From NCBI GenBank assembly GCA_964201665.1, contig CAXNEW010000001.1, positions 2,623-66,622 on the forward strand: a stretch of DNA of 64,000 nt. The letters run 5' to 3'. The position numbers and the translations under genes are program-made. Below, in pieces: positions 37,243-47,473 of the stretch. The DNA comes from Bdellovibrionota bacterium. GTDB taxonomy: Bacteria; Bdellovibrionota; UBA2428. Below the pieces are notes generated by a model. It ran no database searches and was not told where the DNA came from. It saw nothing but the letters and a program-made list of their open reading frames with translations. Numbering within the stretch: position 1 is the stretch's first letter; each line of letters starts with the position of its first letter.

Positions 37243-38607
37243 TTAATTTCTCATCCGACTCCGGATACCCTCAAGGAGTGCACCCATTTGTCCTGATACT
37301 TTTGGCATTGATACTGGAACAGAATCCATCGGCTTTGCGAGTGCCTCAAACTCATGACGATATTTTTTAATCATCGAAGTTACGGGCATGGCGCACGCAT
37401 CAGAAAGAACACAAATCGTTTTTCCGGCCATATTTGCACAAGCTTCAAGAACAGTATCGATGTCTTTTTTGCTTCCCTGCCCATCAACTAATCGATGCAG
37501 CATTTGATAAACCCAGTAGGTGCCCTCGCGACAGGGAACACATTGCCCACAAGATTCGTGGGCATAAAAACGAGCCGTCCGCATGGCGATTTGCGGAATT
37601 GAACGACGATCATCCATCACAATAATTGCGCCGCTTCCGGCCATAGTTCCTTTTGCAGCTAAGCTGTCAAAATCAATGGCAACATCAAATTCGTCTGCAG
37701 TTAAAACCGGCGATGACGAGCCTCCCGGGAAACAGGCCTTTAAGGTTCGCCCCGGAGAGGGGCCGCCGCAAATTTCATAAAGTACAGTTTTCAAATTAAT
37801 ACCCACAGGTAATTCAAAAAACCCTGGCTTCTGAACATCCCCCGACACACAAAGTAGCCGAGTGCCACCGCCTCGAGGAGTTCCGTTTCCATTTTTTTGA
37901 AACCACTGAGCGCCGTTATTCAGAATTCCCGGAACCTGACACAAAGTTTCAACATTATTTACAATCGTCGGCCCGCCAAAGGCGCCGCTAACAGCCGGAA
38001 AAGGCGGCTTGAGTCTTGGCTGCCCGCGATCGCCTTCGAGAGATTCAATCAATCCAGTTTCTTCGCCACAAATATAAGCGCCCGCACCAGGGTGTACGGT
38101 GAGGTCAAAATCGCGGCCTGATCCAAAAATGTTTTTTCCAAGATACCCAGCCGCGTAAGCTTCATCGACGGCTTTTTGAGTTCGCTCTAGGGCAAGCCTC
38201 AGCTCGCCGCGAATGTAAATATAACCTGTTTTGGATCCAATCGCTGAAGCGGCACAAATCATTCCTTCAATCAGACGATGTGGAACATGTTCCAAGATTT
38301 GTCTGTCTTTAAAAGTTCCGGGCTCGCCCTCGTCGGCATTGCAAACCAAGTAAACAGGTTTTGTTGGATTTTTTGGAATAAAACTCCACTTAACTCCTGT
38401 GGCAAAACCCGCTCCACCTAAACCCCGTAGACCCGAATTTTTAACTTCTGAAATGATGGCGTCGGGTTCTTGAGTAACAGCCTTTTTTGCAGCCTGGTAG
38501 CCATTCTCTTTTTCAAAAGCCTTCATTGTCCAGGACTCCGGTTTGTCCATTCCCGCCAAAACAACTCTGTTTTCGAGGGCATGCGGTGGAAGAATTCTTT
38601 GGGTCAT
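37243..38607 (-). CDS. nuoF: NADH-quinone oxidoreductase subunit F
   Basis: ..GLRGLGGAGFATGVKWSF.., ..NADEGEPGTFKDR.. and ..ESCGQCVPCREGT.. Confidence 0.9.
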   Translation of the reverse strand: MTQRILPPHALENRVVLAGMDKPESWTMKAFEKENGYQAAKKAVTQEPDAIISEVKNSGLRGLGGAGFATGVKWSFIPKNPTKPVYLVCNADEGEPGTFKDRQILEHVPHRLIEGMICAASAIGSKTGYIYIRGELRLALERTQKAVDEAYAAGYLGKNIFGSGRDFDLTVHPGAGAYICGEETGLIESLEGDRGQPRLKPPFPAVSGAFGGPTIVNNVETLCQVPGILNNGAQWFQKNGNGTPRGGGTRLLCVSGDVQKPGFFELPVGINLKTVLYEICGGPSPGRTLKACFPGGSSSPVLTADEFDVAIDFDSLAAKGTMAGSGAIIVMDDRRSIPQIAMRTARFYAHESCGQCVPCREGTYWVYQMLHRLVDGQGSKKDIDTVLEACANMAGKTICVLSDACAMPVTSMIKKYRHEFEALAKPMDSVPVSMPKVSGQMGALLEGIRSRMRN

Positions 38608-39137
38608 GCAATTCCTCCTTGTGACATCCGCTCATTGAAACTTGGGCAAGCAAACTTATGCTCTTTTAGACTTCGAATAATTTTTTCAGTTTTTTCACCC
38701 GTAAGTTCTTCATGGTAGTCCCAGTTGTTTATTTGCATCATCGGGGCTGTAGAACAAGAAGCCAAACATTCAACTGTTTCAAGAGTAAAAAGACCGTCAG
38801 GAGTTGTTTGTCCGACCTCAATTCCCAACAATGTTTTTATTTTTGAGACGATGTCGTCGGCCCCTCGTAAGTAACAAGAAAGGTTGTGACAAACTTGCAA
38901 AACATATTTGCCTTTTTTGTTGAGCTTAAAAAGTGAGTAAAATGAAGCGATTTCTCTCACACGCGCCGAACTTAACCCCAACCTTTGCGCCACATAATCA
39001 ATGGCATCCGGACTTAAAAAACCAACCTCGTCTTGAACTTTGTGTAACAAAGGCAATAGTACCGCATCTTTTTTTGGGTACTTTTTTAGAAGATTCTGAA
39101 ATTCCAATTCGCGTTCAGCAGAAAAAACATACGCCAT
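38604..39137 (-). CDS. nuoE: NADH-quinone oxidoreductase subunit E
   Basis: 2Fe-2S ligand motifs ..CHNLSCYLRGA.. and ..VECLASCSTAPMMQIN.. ATG 39137 has AAGGAG upstream, 1 nt after the nuoC stop. Confidence 0.85.
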   Translation of the reverse strand: MAYVFSAERELEFQNLLKKYPKKDAVLLPLLHKVQDEVGFLSPDAIDYVAQRLGLSSARVREIASFYSLFKLNKKGKYVLQVCHNLSCYLRGADDIVSKIKTLLGIEVGQTTPDGLFTLETVECLASCSTAPMMQINNWDYHEELTGEKTEKIIRSLKEHKFACPSFNERMSQGGIA

Positions 39138-39138
39138 T

Positions 39139-39693
39139 TTAGGTCTCCTTCGATTCTGCCACAATTGTATTACCGAAAGGATCAAAACCGGGATCAGCTT
39201 TCAACGTTTGCGGAAACTCCTGGCGGTAGTCCACAACAAAATCTTTTTGAAGGGGGTGCCCCTTAAAAGAAGGGGGCAACAATATGCGACGAAGATCGGG
39301 GTGACCTGTAAACTCAATCCCAAACATATCGTAAACTTCCCGCTCTAACCAGTTTGCGCCAGGCCACAAATCAGTACAAACGGTTTCTATTTGGCAAACT
39401 CCGCCCTTGTCAGAAACGGGAGCCACCACCGAACACCTCATTTTACGCATCATCGAAATGAGTTCATAAACTACAAAAAAGCGCGGATTTTTAGGAAACT
39501 CATCATAGGCGGTCAAATCTGCCAGATGTTCGAAGGGGCCGTGGGGCAAATTTTTCAAATATTCAAGCAGGGCTTTTGCCCTTTCGGGTTTAATTGAAAA
39601 CTCAAACTCGTTTGGGGAGGATTCGCGAACAGCCAACAGGTCTGCTTCAAATTCCTTTTTAACTTGCTCCGCCCAATCATGGGAAATTGCCAT
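39139..39693 (-). CDS. nuoC: NADH-quinone oxidoreductase subunit C (stand-alone, not fused to D)
   Basis: ..[31 protein letters not shown].. Confidence 0.85.
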   Translation of the reverse strand: MAISHDWAEQVKKEFEADLLAVRESSPNEFEFSIKPERAKALLEYLKNLPHGPFEHLADLTAYDEFPKNPRFFVVYELISMMRKMRCSVVAPVSDKGGVCQIETVCTDLWPGANWLEREVYDMFGIEFTGHPDLRRILLPPSFKGHPLQKDFVVDYRQEFPQTLKADPGFDPFGNTIVAESKET

Positions 39694-39705
39694 AAAAAAA
39701 TTCTC

Positions 39706-40092
39706 CTACCGTTCCCATTCCAGAGCTTTAACTTTAAACTCGTACCAAAGGCCCAAAACAAAAAAGAAAAGAAAAAATCCAACAAGACTCAAAATTACAG
39801 GGCCCACCTTTATGAGTTCGCTCCACCCAAGAGCCACCGGTAATAAAAATGCGGCCTCAAGATCAAACAGCAAGAACAAAATAGCAACGAGGTAATACTT
39901 TACACTTACCCGATCGCGAGCTTGGCCGGTCGGCGCAATTCCGCACTCATAGGGCAAAATTTTTGTCCCCTCGAGTTTAAGGGGCCCCAAAAATCTGCCC
40001 ACAAACAAAGCTCCAGAAACAACAACTAAGGCAAAGCCCAACATCGCAAGCATGGAAAGCAATACGATCGTCGGATTATCTAGCTCTGCCAA
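39706..40092 (-). CDS. nuoA: NADH-quinone oxidoreductase subunit A (cluster 1)
   Basis: ..PYECGIAPTG.....V.YYLVAILFLLFDLEAAFLLP.. The apparent start is TTG. Confidence 0.8.
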   Translation of the reverse strand: MAELDNPTIVLLSMLAMLGFALVVVSGALFVGRFLGPLKLEGTKILPYECGIAPTGQARDRVSVKYYLVAILFLLFDLEAAFLLPVALGWSELIKVGPVILSLVGFFLFFFVLGLWYEFKVKALEWER

Positions 40093-40101
40093 TTATCACC
40101 T

Positions 40102-41631
40102 CTATTGGGGTATCTGTCCGCCAACATAAAAATTCACTACACGCATGGAAAGTTGAAAAACGGGTTCCCAGTAAATTCCAAGAATAACATTAGGGACCAC
40201 CAAAAGCGCAATAAAGACCTTAGAAACCCCACAATTGAATGCAAGCTTTGCTTTTTCAGATGCGTGATCCATTTCGGGTGCATCCAAAAAAATGGCCCGC
40301 AAAATTTTCGCATAATAATAAAGCGAAATTACAGAGTTGATGGCAGCAAGAATTGCAAAGCCATAGAGTTCGCGCGCGACAACAGCCTTAAATAAATAAA
40401 ATTTACCTATGAACCCCGCAAACGGAGGCGCTCCGATCAAAGAGAACAAAAAAATCGCCATCGCAACGGCGTAGAAGGGTTGAGTTTGGGCAAGGCCTTT
40501 AAAGTTCCGAAGTTGGTCACCACCTGTGGCGTCTTCCATTTTGGATGCAACCCAGAAAGCCCCTAAATTCATCAAACAGTAAATTGTAAGATAAAAAACA
40601 ATTGCCACGATTCCCTCGTGGGTTTGGGTCGAAGCCCCCATCAAAATATATCCGGCGTGGGCAATGCTTGAGTAGGCTAAAATGCGCTTTACGGAAACCT
40701 GCCCCAATGCAGCCAAATTCCCCATGAACATTGTAAAAATTGACGAAACTAATAGAAATTTTGGCCAGTCAAAGGGACCAATAATATGAAACCCTACAGG
40801 AATATTCGCCAGCTGCGAGATGGCCTCTGTCCCTTCAATTGGCTGAGAAAACCCCGTTACAAAAAAACGAATAAGTAGGGCAAAACCCGCAGCCTTTGGT
40901 CCAACAGAAAGCAAAGCCGAAACAGGAGTCGGGGCCCCTTCATAAACATCTGGAGTCCACATATGCATTGGTGCCGCAGAAATTTTGTAGCCAATGCCAG
41001 CAAAAACCATAAGCACACCAATCCAAAGTGCCAGCGGAATTTGTGCTGAATCTTGCTGAGTAAAAAACTGTCTAAGGTCGGTAATTTCTAGCGAACCCGT
41101 GTACCCATAAAGAAGGCTCATCCCAAAAACCATAATGGCCGAAGCCATAGATCCATAAACAACATATTTTAAGCTCGCCTCAACCGACGCCTGTCTTTCG
41201 CGATTAAAGCCCGCGAGTGTGTAACTTAAAATTGAGACCGTTTCGATGGCTAAATACACCATCAAAAGATGGTTGGAGATTCCCATAAAAACCAAGCCAG
41301 AGAGTAGCGCTAAAACAATTGAATAGTACTCAGAGCGCCGATCAGAACGGATCTCTTGGGATTTTGAACTTAGGACAAAAACAAAAAATCCCACAACAAT
41401 TGCAAAAAGAGAAAAAAACAAACCGAAAGAATCAAAAACAAGCATTCCCGCAAAGGCTTCTTGGGCGGGCATTCCTATCATTGAGGCAAAAAGTCCACCC
41501 GCGGCTAAAAGAGATGCAAGCGAAACTCCCAACCATGCTCCGTGTGACTGAATCCATAACCCCATCATGAGAACAGCAAGGGAGCCCCCACAAAGAACAA
41601 GGGCTGGACTTACAAAAAATAGGGACTGCAT
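40102..41631 (-). CDS. nuoN: NADH-quinone oxidoreductase subunit N (cluster 2)
   Basis: ..SAAPMHMWTPDVYEGAPTPVSALLSVGPKAAGF.. Confidence 0.8.
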   Translation of the reverse strand: MQSLFFVSPALVLCGGSLAVLMMGLWIQSHGAWLGVSLASLLAAGGLFASMIGMPAQEAFAGMLVFDSFGLFFSLFAIVVGFFVFVLSSKSQEIRSDRRSEYYSIVLALLSGLVFMGISNHLLMVYLAIETVSILSYTLAGFNRERQASVEASLKYVVYGSMASAIMVFGMSLLYGYTGSLEITDLRQFFTQQDSAQIPLALWIGVLMVFAGIGYKISAAPMHMWTPDVYEGAPTPVSALLSVGPKAAGFALLIRFFVTGFSQPIEGTEAISQLANIPVGFHIIGPFDWPKFLLVSSIFTMFMGNLAALGQVSVKRILAYSSIAHAGYILMGASTQTHEGIVAIVFYLTIYCLMNLGAFWVASKMEDATGGDQLRNFKGLAQTQPFYAVAMAIFLFSLIGAPPFAGFIGKFYLFKAVVARELYGFAILAAINSVISLYYYAKILRAIFLDAPEMDHASEKAKLAFNCGVSKVFIALLVVPNVILGIYWEPVFQLSMRVVNFYVGGQIPQ

Positions 41632-41690
41632 TGTTATAGTCCTTCCTTCATTTCTACCGTCATCTTACTGGACCCATTTACTTCACCCAT

Positions 41691-43253
41691 TTACTGAACA
41701 ATGTTCTGAATAATTGACCCCAAGCTTGTTTTCATAAAATCTAAAAAGGGCTGGGGATAAACTCCTATCCAAATACATAAAATTCCAAGGGGCGCCAAAA
41801 CAACCCATTCTCGCAAAGTCATTTCAGGAATTTCGTGAGCCGGATGCATGACTCCGGTTCCGGTGTCCTTATGCAGAGTCGTGTAAGGACCCAGAAAAAC
41901 TCTCTGAACCATCCAAAGTAAATAGGCTGCGCCTAAAACTATTCCAAGCGAGGCAACTATGGTTTCAGTTTTGTAAACTGGGAAAGCACCAAGAAAAACC
42001 ATCGACTCTGAAATAAATCCGTTGAGTCCCGGCAATCCGAGCCCTGCAAAAACTGCAAGTGTCCAGACAGCGGTAATCATCGGCGCCTTTTGCGCGATTC
42101 CGCCGAATCCCAATTTTCCTTCCGGGGTTACAATGTATCGATGGTGAAGTCGGTCATACAAAACTCCAACAAGCATAAACATCATTGCCGCCGACAAGCC
42201 GTGGTTAAACATTTGTAACATGGCTCCATTCATTCCGGCTGGCGTAAAAACGGCCATTCCCAAAATGCAATAACCCATGTGGCTGACTGACGAATAGGCC
42301 ACCAATTTTTTGATGTCCTTTTGTGCCATGGCACAAAAAGCCCCATAAATTATATTTATGATGCCAAGAATGGCCATCGTATAGGCAAAATATTCAGTGG
42401 CCTGAGGAAGAACTGTAAAATTGAGACGCAACATCCCGTAGGTTCCCATTTTCAAAAGAACTCCTGCCAGAATTACCGAAACCGCTGTTGGAGCCTGAAC
42501 GTGCGCCCAGGGCAACCAGGTGTGAAACGGAAACAAGGGAACCTTTACCGCAAAACCAATAAACAAAAGCCACCAAACCGTTTTATCAAAGGGAAGCTCG
42601 CTTCCAAAAATAACTATTTTGTATTGAGTCCAATCAATTTGCGCCAACTTTAAAATGTTGAAAGTTGGTAAAACATCTCCGTTGGGACCCTTGGAGTAAA
42701 AGAAAAGAGCCAGCATCCCGACGAGCATAAGTACTGAGCCCGCCATCGTGTAGAGGAAAAACTTAATGGCTGCGTATTCTTTTTTCTCGCCGCCCCAGAT
42801 TCCAACCAAAAAGTACATTGGCAAAAGCATGAGCTCCCAAAATACAAAAAACAAAAAGAAATCAAGCGAGCAAAACAGCCCCATCATGCCAACATGCAAA
42901 AGTAGAAACATTGAAAAATAGCCTTTAACCATTTTCTTTACGTTCCAACCTGCAAAAATACACAAAAAACTGAGCATCGCTGTAAGCAGAATCATCAGAA
43001 TACTGAGGCCGTCGACCCCCATGTGATATTCGGCCTGAATACTCGTTATCCACTGAAACTGCTCAACAAACTGTGGGCCTGGATTTGTCACGTCAAAGGC
43101 CGAAATTAAAACAAGCGCTAAAGCTAGCGGCACAGCCGTTGCGGAGGCGGCAATCCACTTAATTAAATTTTCCTGCCGGCTTGGCACAAAATTTATGGCT
43201 GCGATGCCAATGAGCGGAAAAAAGGTCATCCAACTTAAAATGTTTTGGGTCAT
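41691..43253 (-). CDS. nuoM: NADH-quinone oxidoreductase subunit M (cluster 2)
   Basis: ..LFPFHTWLPWAHVQAPTAVSVILAGVLLKMGTYG.. Confidence 0.85.
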   Translation of the reverse strand: MTQNILSWMTFFPLIGIAAINFVPSRQENLIKWIAASATAVPLALALVLISAFDVTNPGPQFVEQFQWITSIQAEYHMGVDGLSILMILLTAMLSFLCIFAGWNVKKMVKGYFSMFLLLHVGMMGLFCSLDFFLFFVFWELMLLPMYFLVGIWGGEKKEYAAIKFFLYTMAGSVLMLVGMLALFFYSKGPNGDVLPTFNILKLAQIDWTQYKIVIFGSELPFDKTVWWLLFIGFAVKVPLFPFHTWLPWAHVQAPTAVSVILAGVLLKMGTYGMLRLNFTVLPQATEYFAYTMAILGIINIIYGAFCAMAQKDIKKLVAYSSVSHMGYCILGMAVFTPAGMNGAMLQMFNHGLSAAMMFMLVGVLYDRLHHRYIVTPEGKLGFGGIAQKAPMITAVWTLAVFAGLGLPGLNGFISESMVFLGAFPVYKTETIVASLGIVLGAAYLLWMVQRVFLGPYTTLHKDTGTGVMHPAHEIPEMTLREWVVLAPLGILCIWIGVYPQPFLDFMKTSLGSIIQNIVQ

Positions 43254-45391
43254 AGAATACCTCTAAAGAAGAAAAGAACGACTAGTGCTGCAACTGCGAC
43301 CAGCAAATATCGCTGGATTTTTCCATTTTGTAGGGTCCTTAAGCTGGCGCCAAAAACCGAGGGAATCCCGCCCCCCAAACCATCAACCATGACTCCATCA
43401 ACGACGACGTCATCAAAGGTTCCGGCCGATTTATATCCAACTTTGGCAACATCACTCCACCCATCAACGACAATTCTATCAATGACGTTGTCATCAAACT
43501 TCGCAATCTTATCTGCACTGGGCATTAGAAATTTCTGAATGAAAATTTTGATATAGAAAAAATCAAAATAATAAAGATTATCAATAAGCTTGTGAACAAA
43601 TTTGGGCCACAAATTGGATAACTTTTCGGACGAAATTTTCTTTGATCCGTACACCAAAAAACTTACTCCGATTCCTAGACCCGCAAGAATGAGCGACAAA
43701 ATCATAGCTGGCATATGGGCCAGATGCTCGTAGTGCTCAAAACCGTGGTGCCCCCCTGTTTCGTGGCCATGTGCGCCCGCTTCAACAAGTGTCGACCCAA
43801 GTCGCGGAACCTGAACTAGATTTTTAAACCAGTCATTTGAGGCTCCAAAAATTTTATCCGCACCGCCAAAAAGACCGCCCGTTAGGGAGCCCGTATAAAA
43901 AATCGCCAACGAGAAAAATGCTAGCACGGCCAGAGGCAGCCACATGTTCCACCCACCTTCATGGGCTTCCTCATAGTGATGGTGATCATGAGGCTTTCCA
44001 AAGAAAGTCATAAAAATTAACCTGAACATATAAAAAGCTGTTAGGCCCGCGGTTAAAAATGCAGCTATAGGTAAAAACATGTGGTCTGGATTATTAAAAA
44101 ATCCAAAACCAAGAACTCCAGCCAAAATCATATCCTTTGAAACAAATCCGCTGAATGCGGGAACCCCCGAAATTGCTAGCGTTGTGATGAACATGGCCGC
44201 GAATGTAATTGGCAATTTTTTCTTCAATCCACCCATGTTTCTCATGTCCTGTTCGTGGTGCATGGCATAGATCACCGAGCCTGAGCTCATAAACAAACAG
44301 GCCTTAAACACAGCGTGCGTGATGAGATGAAAAAACGCCGCCGTAAACGCGCCCACGCCAACTGCCATCACCATGTACCCGAGCTGAGAAAGAGTTGAGT
44401 AAGCGAGAACTTTTTTTATATCATTTTGTTTGATCGCAAGAATTGCTGCCAGTAGGGCGGTTGTGGCTCCAACGTAAGCAACCAGAGTTAAAACGTGACC
44501 TGCTTCTAAAATTGGAAACATTCGAATAATCAAATAAACGCCCGCAGCAACCATGGTCGCTGCGTGAATCAATGCCGAAACAGGAGTGGGCCCCTCCATC
44601 GCGTCAGGCAACCAAACCTGAAGCGGAAATTGTGCCGACTTTCCGACCGTTCCAAGAAAAATTAAAAATCCAATAAACCCTGCTGCTGTGAAACCAAGAA
44701 GCTGGCCTGAAAGTGCCCCCTCTCCTACAGCTCGGTAAATATCCTCAAACCTAAAAGATCCGACGATTCCAAAGAGGGCAAGCATTCCAATAAAAAGTCC
44801 GGTATCCCCCACTCGAGTGGTCATGAAGGCTTTTAGCGAGGCATTTGCGGCAGAGGTTTTGTGTCGATAAAAACCAATCAAAAGATAGGAGCAAAGGCCC
44901 ATCAGCTCCCAACACATAAACAAAGTTAACAGGTTGTCCGAAATGACAAGTCCCAACATGGACGCCGTGAACAAACTTAAAAATGAAAAAAACGAAGCGT
45001 ATCGATATCCGTCTTCGGGTTTTCCATGGTGGTCGCGCATGTAGCCTGTAGAAAACAAGTGAATCAAAGTCGCACAAAGAGTGACCATCAAAAGCATGAT
45101 GGCCGCAATGTTATCCAGCCTAACGCCAACAATAAGCTTGAAGGGAATTGTTTCGGTGCCTACATCAATCCACTTCCACGCATGACTTACGGCCCAATTC
45201 GGATCGTTTGCACTCCACATGGCTGCAAAAATCCGACACGCAAGCAGGAATGAAGCGAAAATGGCTCCCGTGCTTAACCAGTCCCCCATGCGGGGGAGCT
45301 TGACCCCGAAAGCTGTCTGAATAACGTAGGCCAAAAGTGGAAGGGTAGGTATCCAAAGAGCTGTATAAATGAGGGGATCAACACTTTCCAT
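43250..45391 (-). CDS. nuoL: NADH-quinone oxidoreductase subunit L (cluster 2, 713 aa, extended)
   Basis: ..GKSAQFPLQVWLPDAMEGPTPVSALIHAATMVAAGVY.. It has His-rich inserts and a duplicated FDD.VID..V.DG segment in the C-terminal lateral-helix region. Confidence 0.85.
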   Translation of the reverse strand: MESVDPLIYTALWIPTLPLLAYVIQTAFGVKLPRMGDWLSTGAIFASFLLACRIFAAMWSANDPNWAVSHAWKWIDVGTETIPFKLIVGVRLDNIAAIMLLMVTLCATLIHLFSTGYMRDHHGKPEDGYRYASFFSFLSLFTASMLGLVISDNLLTLFMCWELMGLCSYLLIGFYRHKTSAANASLKAFMTTRVGDTGLFIGMLALFGIVGSFRFEDIYRAVGEGALSGQLLGFTAAGFIGFLIFLGTVGKSAQFPLQVWLPDAMEGPTPVSALIHAATMVAAGVYLIIRMFPILEAGHVLTLVAYVGATTALLAAILAIKQNDIKKVLAYSTLSQLGYMVMAVGVGAFTAAFFHLITHAVFKACLFMSSGSVIYAMHHEQDMRNMGGLKKKLPITFAAMFITTLAISGVPAFSGFVSKDMILAGVLGFGFFNNPDHMFLPIAAFLTAGLTAFYMFRLIFMTFFGKPHDHHHYEEAHEGGWNMWLPLAVLAFFSLAIFYTGSLTGGLFGGADKIFGASNDWFKNLVQVPRLGSTLVEAGAHGHETGGHHGFEHYEHLAHMPAMILSLILAGLGIGVSFLVYGSKKISSEKLSNLWPKFVHKLIDNLYYFDFFYIKIFIQKFLMPSADKIAKFDDNVIDRIVVDGWSDVAKVGYKSAGTFDDVVVDGVMVDGLGGGIPSVFGASLRTLQNGKIQRYLLVAVAALVVLFFFRGIL

Positions 45392-45392
45392 T

Positions 45393-45722
45393 TTAGCCTC
45401 TCAGCCCCACGGCGACATCGGGATCAATTGTTTGCTTGGAGCCAAAAAATCTCAACACAATTGCCAATGCAACAGCCGCCTCAATTGCGGCCAAGATTAT
45501 AATAAACAACGAAAAAACCTGGCCGTGAAGCCATCCATCTGACCGGTCCTTTAAAAATGCATTAAAGGCAACAAAATTTAATCCAGCCCCGTTGAGCATA
45601 AGCTCCACTCCCATGAAAATTCCTATGGAATTTTTTCGAGTAAGAGCCGTAAGTAAACCCAGGCCAAAAAAAATGGCCGCTAGGCTTAAGTAAACGTTCA
45701 AGTTATTTGCAAGTCCCGACAT
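45393..45722 (-). CDS. nuoK: NADH-quinone oxidoreductase subunit K (cluster 2)
   Basis: ..VELMLNGAGLNFVAF.. and ..AAIEAAVALAIV.. Confidence 0.8.
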   Translation of the reverse strand: MSGLANNLNVYLSLAAIFFGLGLLTALTRKNSIGIFMGVELMLNGAGLNFVAFNAFLKDRSDGWLHGQVFSLFIIILAAIEAAVALAIVLRFFGSKQTIDPDVAVGLRG

Positions 45723-45740
45723 TTCTAACTCACCCTTGCC

Positions 45741-46265
45741 TTATTCCAAGTTACTTCCAGATGATTTTTCATGATAATGGGGGCGCGCAATCACAACCGC
45801 GCCAATGAGCCCCGCCAACAACACAATAGCAACGTATTGAAAAACCAGGGCGTAAGGTCCAACCAAAGCCCTGCCGATGGCCTCCACTGTGTGTTCGCGA
45901 ACAGGAACATCAATTCTTGGCCAATTAGCTTGGTTGACAAGTTTTAATAGCGCCCACAAAACGGCCACCGAAATAATAAATGGGGCAAAAAACCCCTTCC
46001 AGCCACCTACCCCACGGTTTTTGTAAACATCTTCGCTCATCATTACTGCAAATAGAATCACAACAATAATTCCACCGACGTAAATAATGAGTTGAGCGGC
46101 AGCAAGAAAATCTGCACCCAAGGCTCCATACAAACCCGCAACCGACAGCAAAGAAAAAACCAAAGCCACGGCTGCGTAAAGTATGTTGGGATGAAAGGCT
46201 ACGACCACCGCGCTCAACGCACCCAACAGAAAACAAAATCCCACAAAAAAATCTACAAATGTCAT
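45741..46265 (-). CDS. nuoJ: NADH-quinone oxidoreductase subunit J (cluster 2)
   Basis: Its position between nuoH and nuoK, plus ..AQLIIYVGGIIVVILFAVMM.. Confidence 0.75.
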   Translation of the reverse strand: MTFVDFFVGFCFLLGALSAVVVAFHPNILYAAVALVFSLLSVAGLYGALGADFLAAAQLIIYVGGIIVVILFAVMMSEDVYKNRGVGGWKGFFAPFIISVAVLWALLKLVNQANWPRIDVPVREHTVEAIGRALVGPYALVFQYVAIVLLAGLIGAVVIARPHYHEKSSGSNLE

Positions 46266-46267
46266 GG

Positions 46268-47428
46268 TCAGCCACCAATCCCTAGGCTCAAGCCGAGAAG
46301 CTGAAGGAGGCTTCGCCCGTCAAAAACCCAAACCCAAATCGCCGCCAAAAATAAGTTTACAAAGCTAATTGGAATCAAATATTTCCAACAAAGATCCATC
46401 AGCTGATCCACCCGAAGCCTCGGCAGGGTCCAACGAATCCACATCACAATAAAAACAAGCAAAGAAACTTTGGCCAAAAACACGGACATCATCAACAGCG
46501 TCTGAATCAGCGGAGTTAAACTTGCTTCACCTATTTTAATACCTGGATCAATCGAGGAGAGGTCTACAAAGGGCAAATTCCATCCCCCTAAAAATATAGC
46601 CGTAGCGATACACGCAAATAGAATGGCGTCAGCGAATTCAGAAAGCGCATAAAGACCAAACCTCATACCCGAAAACTCGGTATTAAAACCTGAAACCAAT
46701 TCACTTTCGGCTTCTGGCAAATCAAAGGGTGTCCTATTGCACTCAGCCAAGGCTGCCGTGAAATAAATAAAGAAGTTAATAAACAAAAAGGGATTATGAA
46801 AAACGTTCCAGAAATGTCCGCCACCTTGGCCCGAACCTGGCCAGGCCTGCGCATCAACAATTCCGAACATACTCATTGACCCCGAAACCACCACCACACT
46901 CAAAACGGAAATTCCCAATGGAATTTCGTAAGAGACAATCTGCGCTGCCCCTCTCATTCCGCCAAGAAGTGACCATTTATTATCAGAGGCCCATGCCCCC
47001 AAGAGGATGCCCAACGAAACCAGTGAGCCCAGGGCCATCACATAGAAAACCCCAATATCAAGGTCGGCCCCAATGACGTATTTTGAAAAGGGAACCAACG
47101 CAAATGCCCCCAAAGATCCCGCAGTAACGAGTGAGGGCGCCAAATTAAACAAAAATCGATCCGCATTTTTTGGAATTGTGTCTTCTTTAAGAAACATTTT
47201 AATGCCGTCAGCAAAAAACTGGAGAATACCGATGGGCCCCACCCGATTGGGACCAACCCTTTCCTGCATATCGGCTGCAACTTTCCTCTCGATGTAGGTA
47301 CAAATTCCGCCAACAGGCATAGCAAAGAGTAAAATAACAATAACCGCAGAAAGTACCGAAAAAACCAAAAGGGGTATTTGTAGGCCTAACAAGCCATTTA
47401 TGCCGCTTAAAAACTCAGGAAGACTCAC
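46268..47428 (-). CDS. nuoH: NADH-quinone oxidoreductase subunit H (cluster 2)
   Basis: ..ERKVAADMQERVGPNRVGPIGILQFFADGIKM.. and ..ECNRTPFDLPEAESELVSGFNTEFSG.. Confidence 0.85.
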   Translation of the reverse strand: MSLPEFLSGINGLLGLQIPLLVFSVLSAVIVILLFAMPVGGICTYIERKVAADMQERVGPNRVGPIGILQFFADGIKMFLKEDTIPKNADRFLFNLAPSLVTAGSLGAFALVPFSKYVIGADLDIGVFYVMALGSLVSLGILLGAWASDNKWSLLGGMRGAAQIVSYEIPLGISVLSVVVVSGSMSMFGIVDAQAWPGSGQGGGHFWNVFHNPFLFINFFIYFTAALAECNRTPFDLPEAESELVSGFNTEFSGMRFGLYALSEFADAILFACIATAIFLGGWNLPFVDLSSIDPGIKIGEASLTPLIQTLLMMSVFLAKVSLLVFIVMWIRWTLPRLRVDQLMDLCWKYLIPISFVNLFLAAIWVWVFDGRSLLQLLGLSLGIGG

Positions 47429-47473
47429 TCATCGCTCCTTGTGCTGCTCAACTCAAAAACTCAACTATAAAAA

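Noticed and set aside
36903-37370. A 155-aa + strand ORF, together with similar ORFs at 44751-45077, 45925-46278, 47038-47340 and 33006-33233, inside the nuo genes.
   Set aside because: All are antisense to, or out of frame with, strongly supported nuo genes. They are typical shadow ORFs with no independent signals.
37240-40102. Hidden or frameshifted nuoB, D, G or I remnants at the cluster-1 junctions.
   Set aside because: The junctions are 0-12 nt and the flanking genes are full length, leaving no space for even a fragment. The absence is therefore real within this window.
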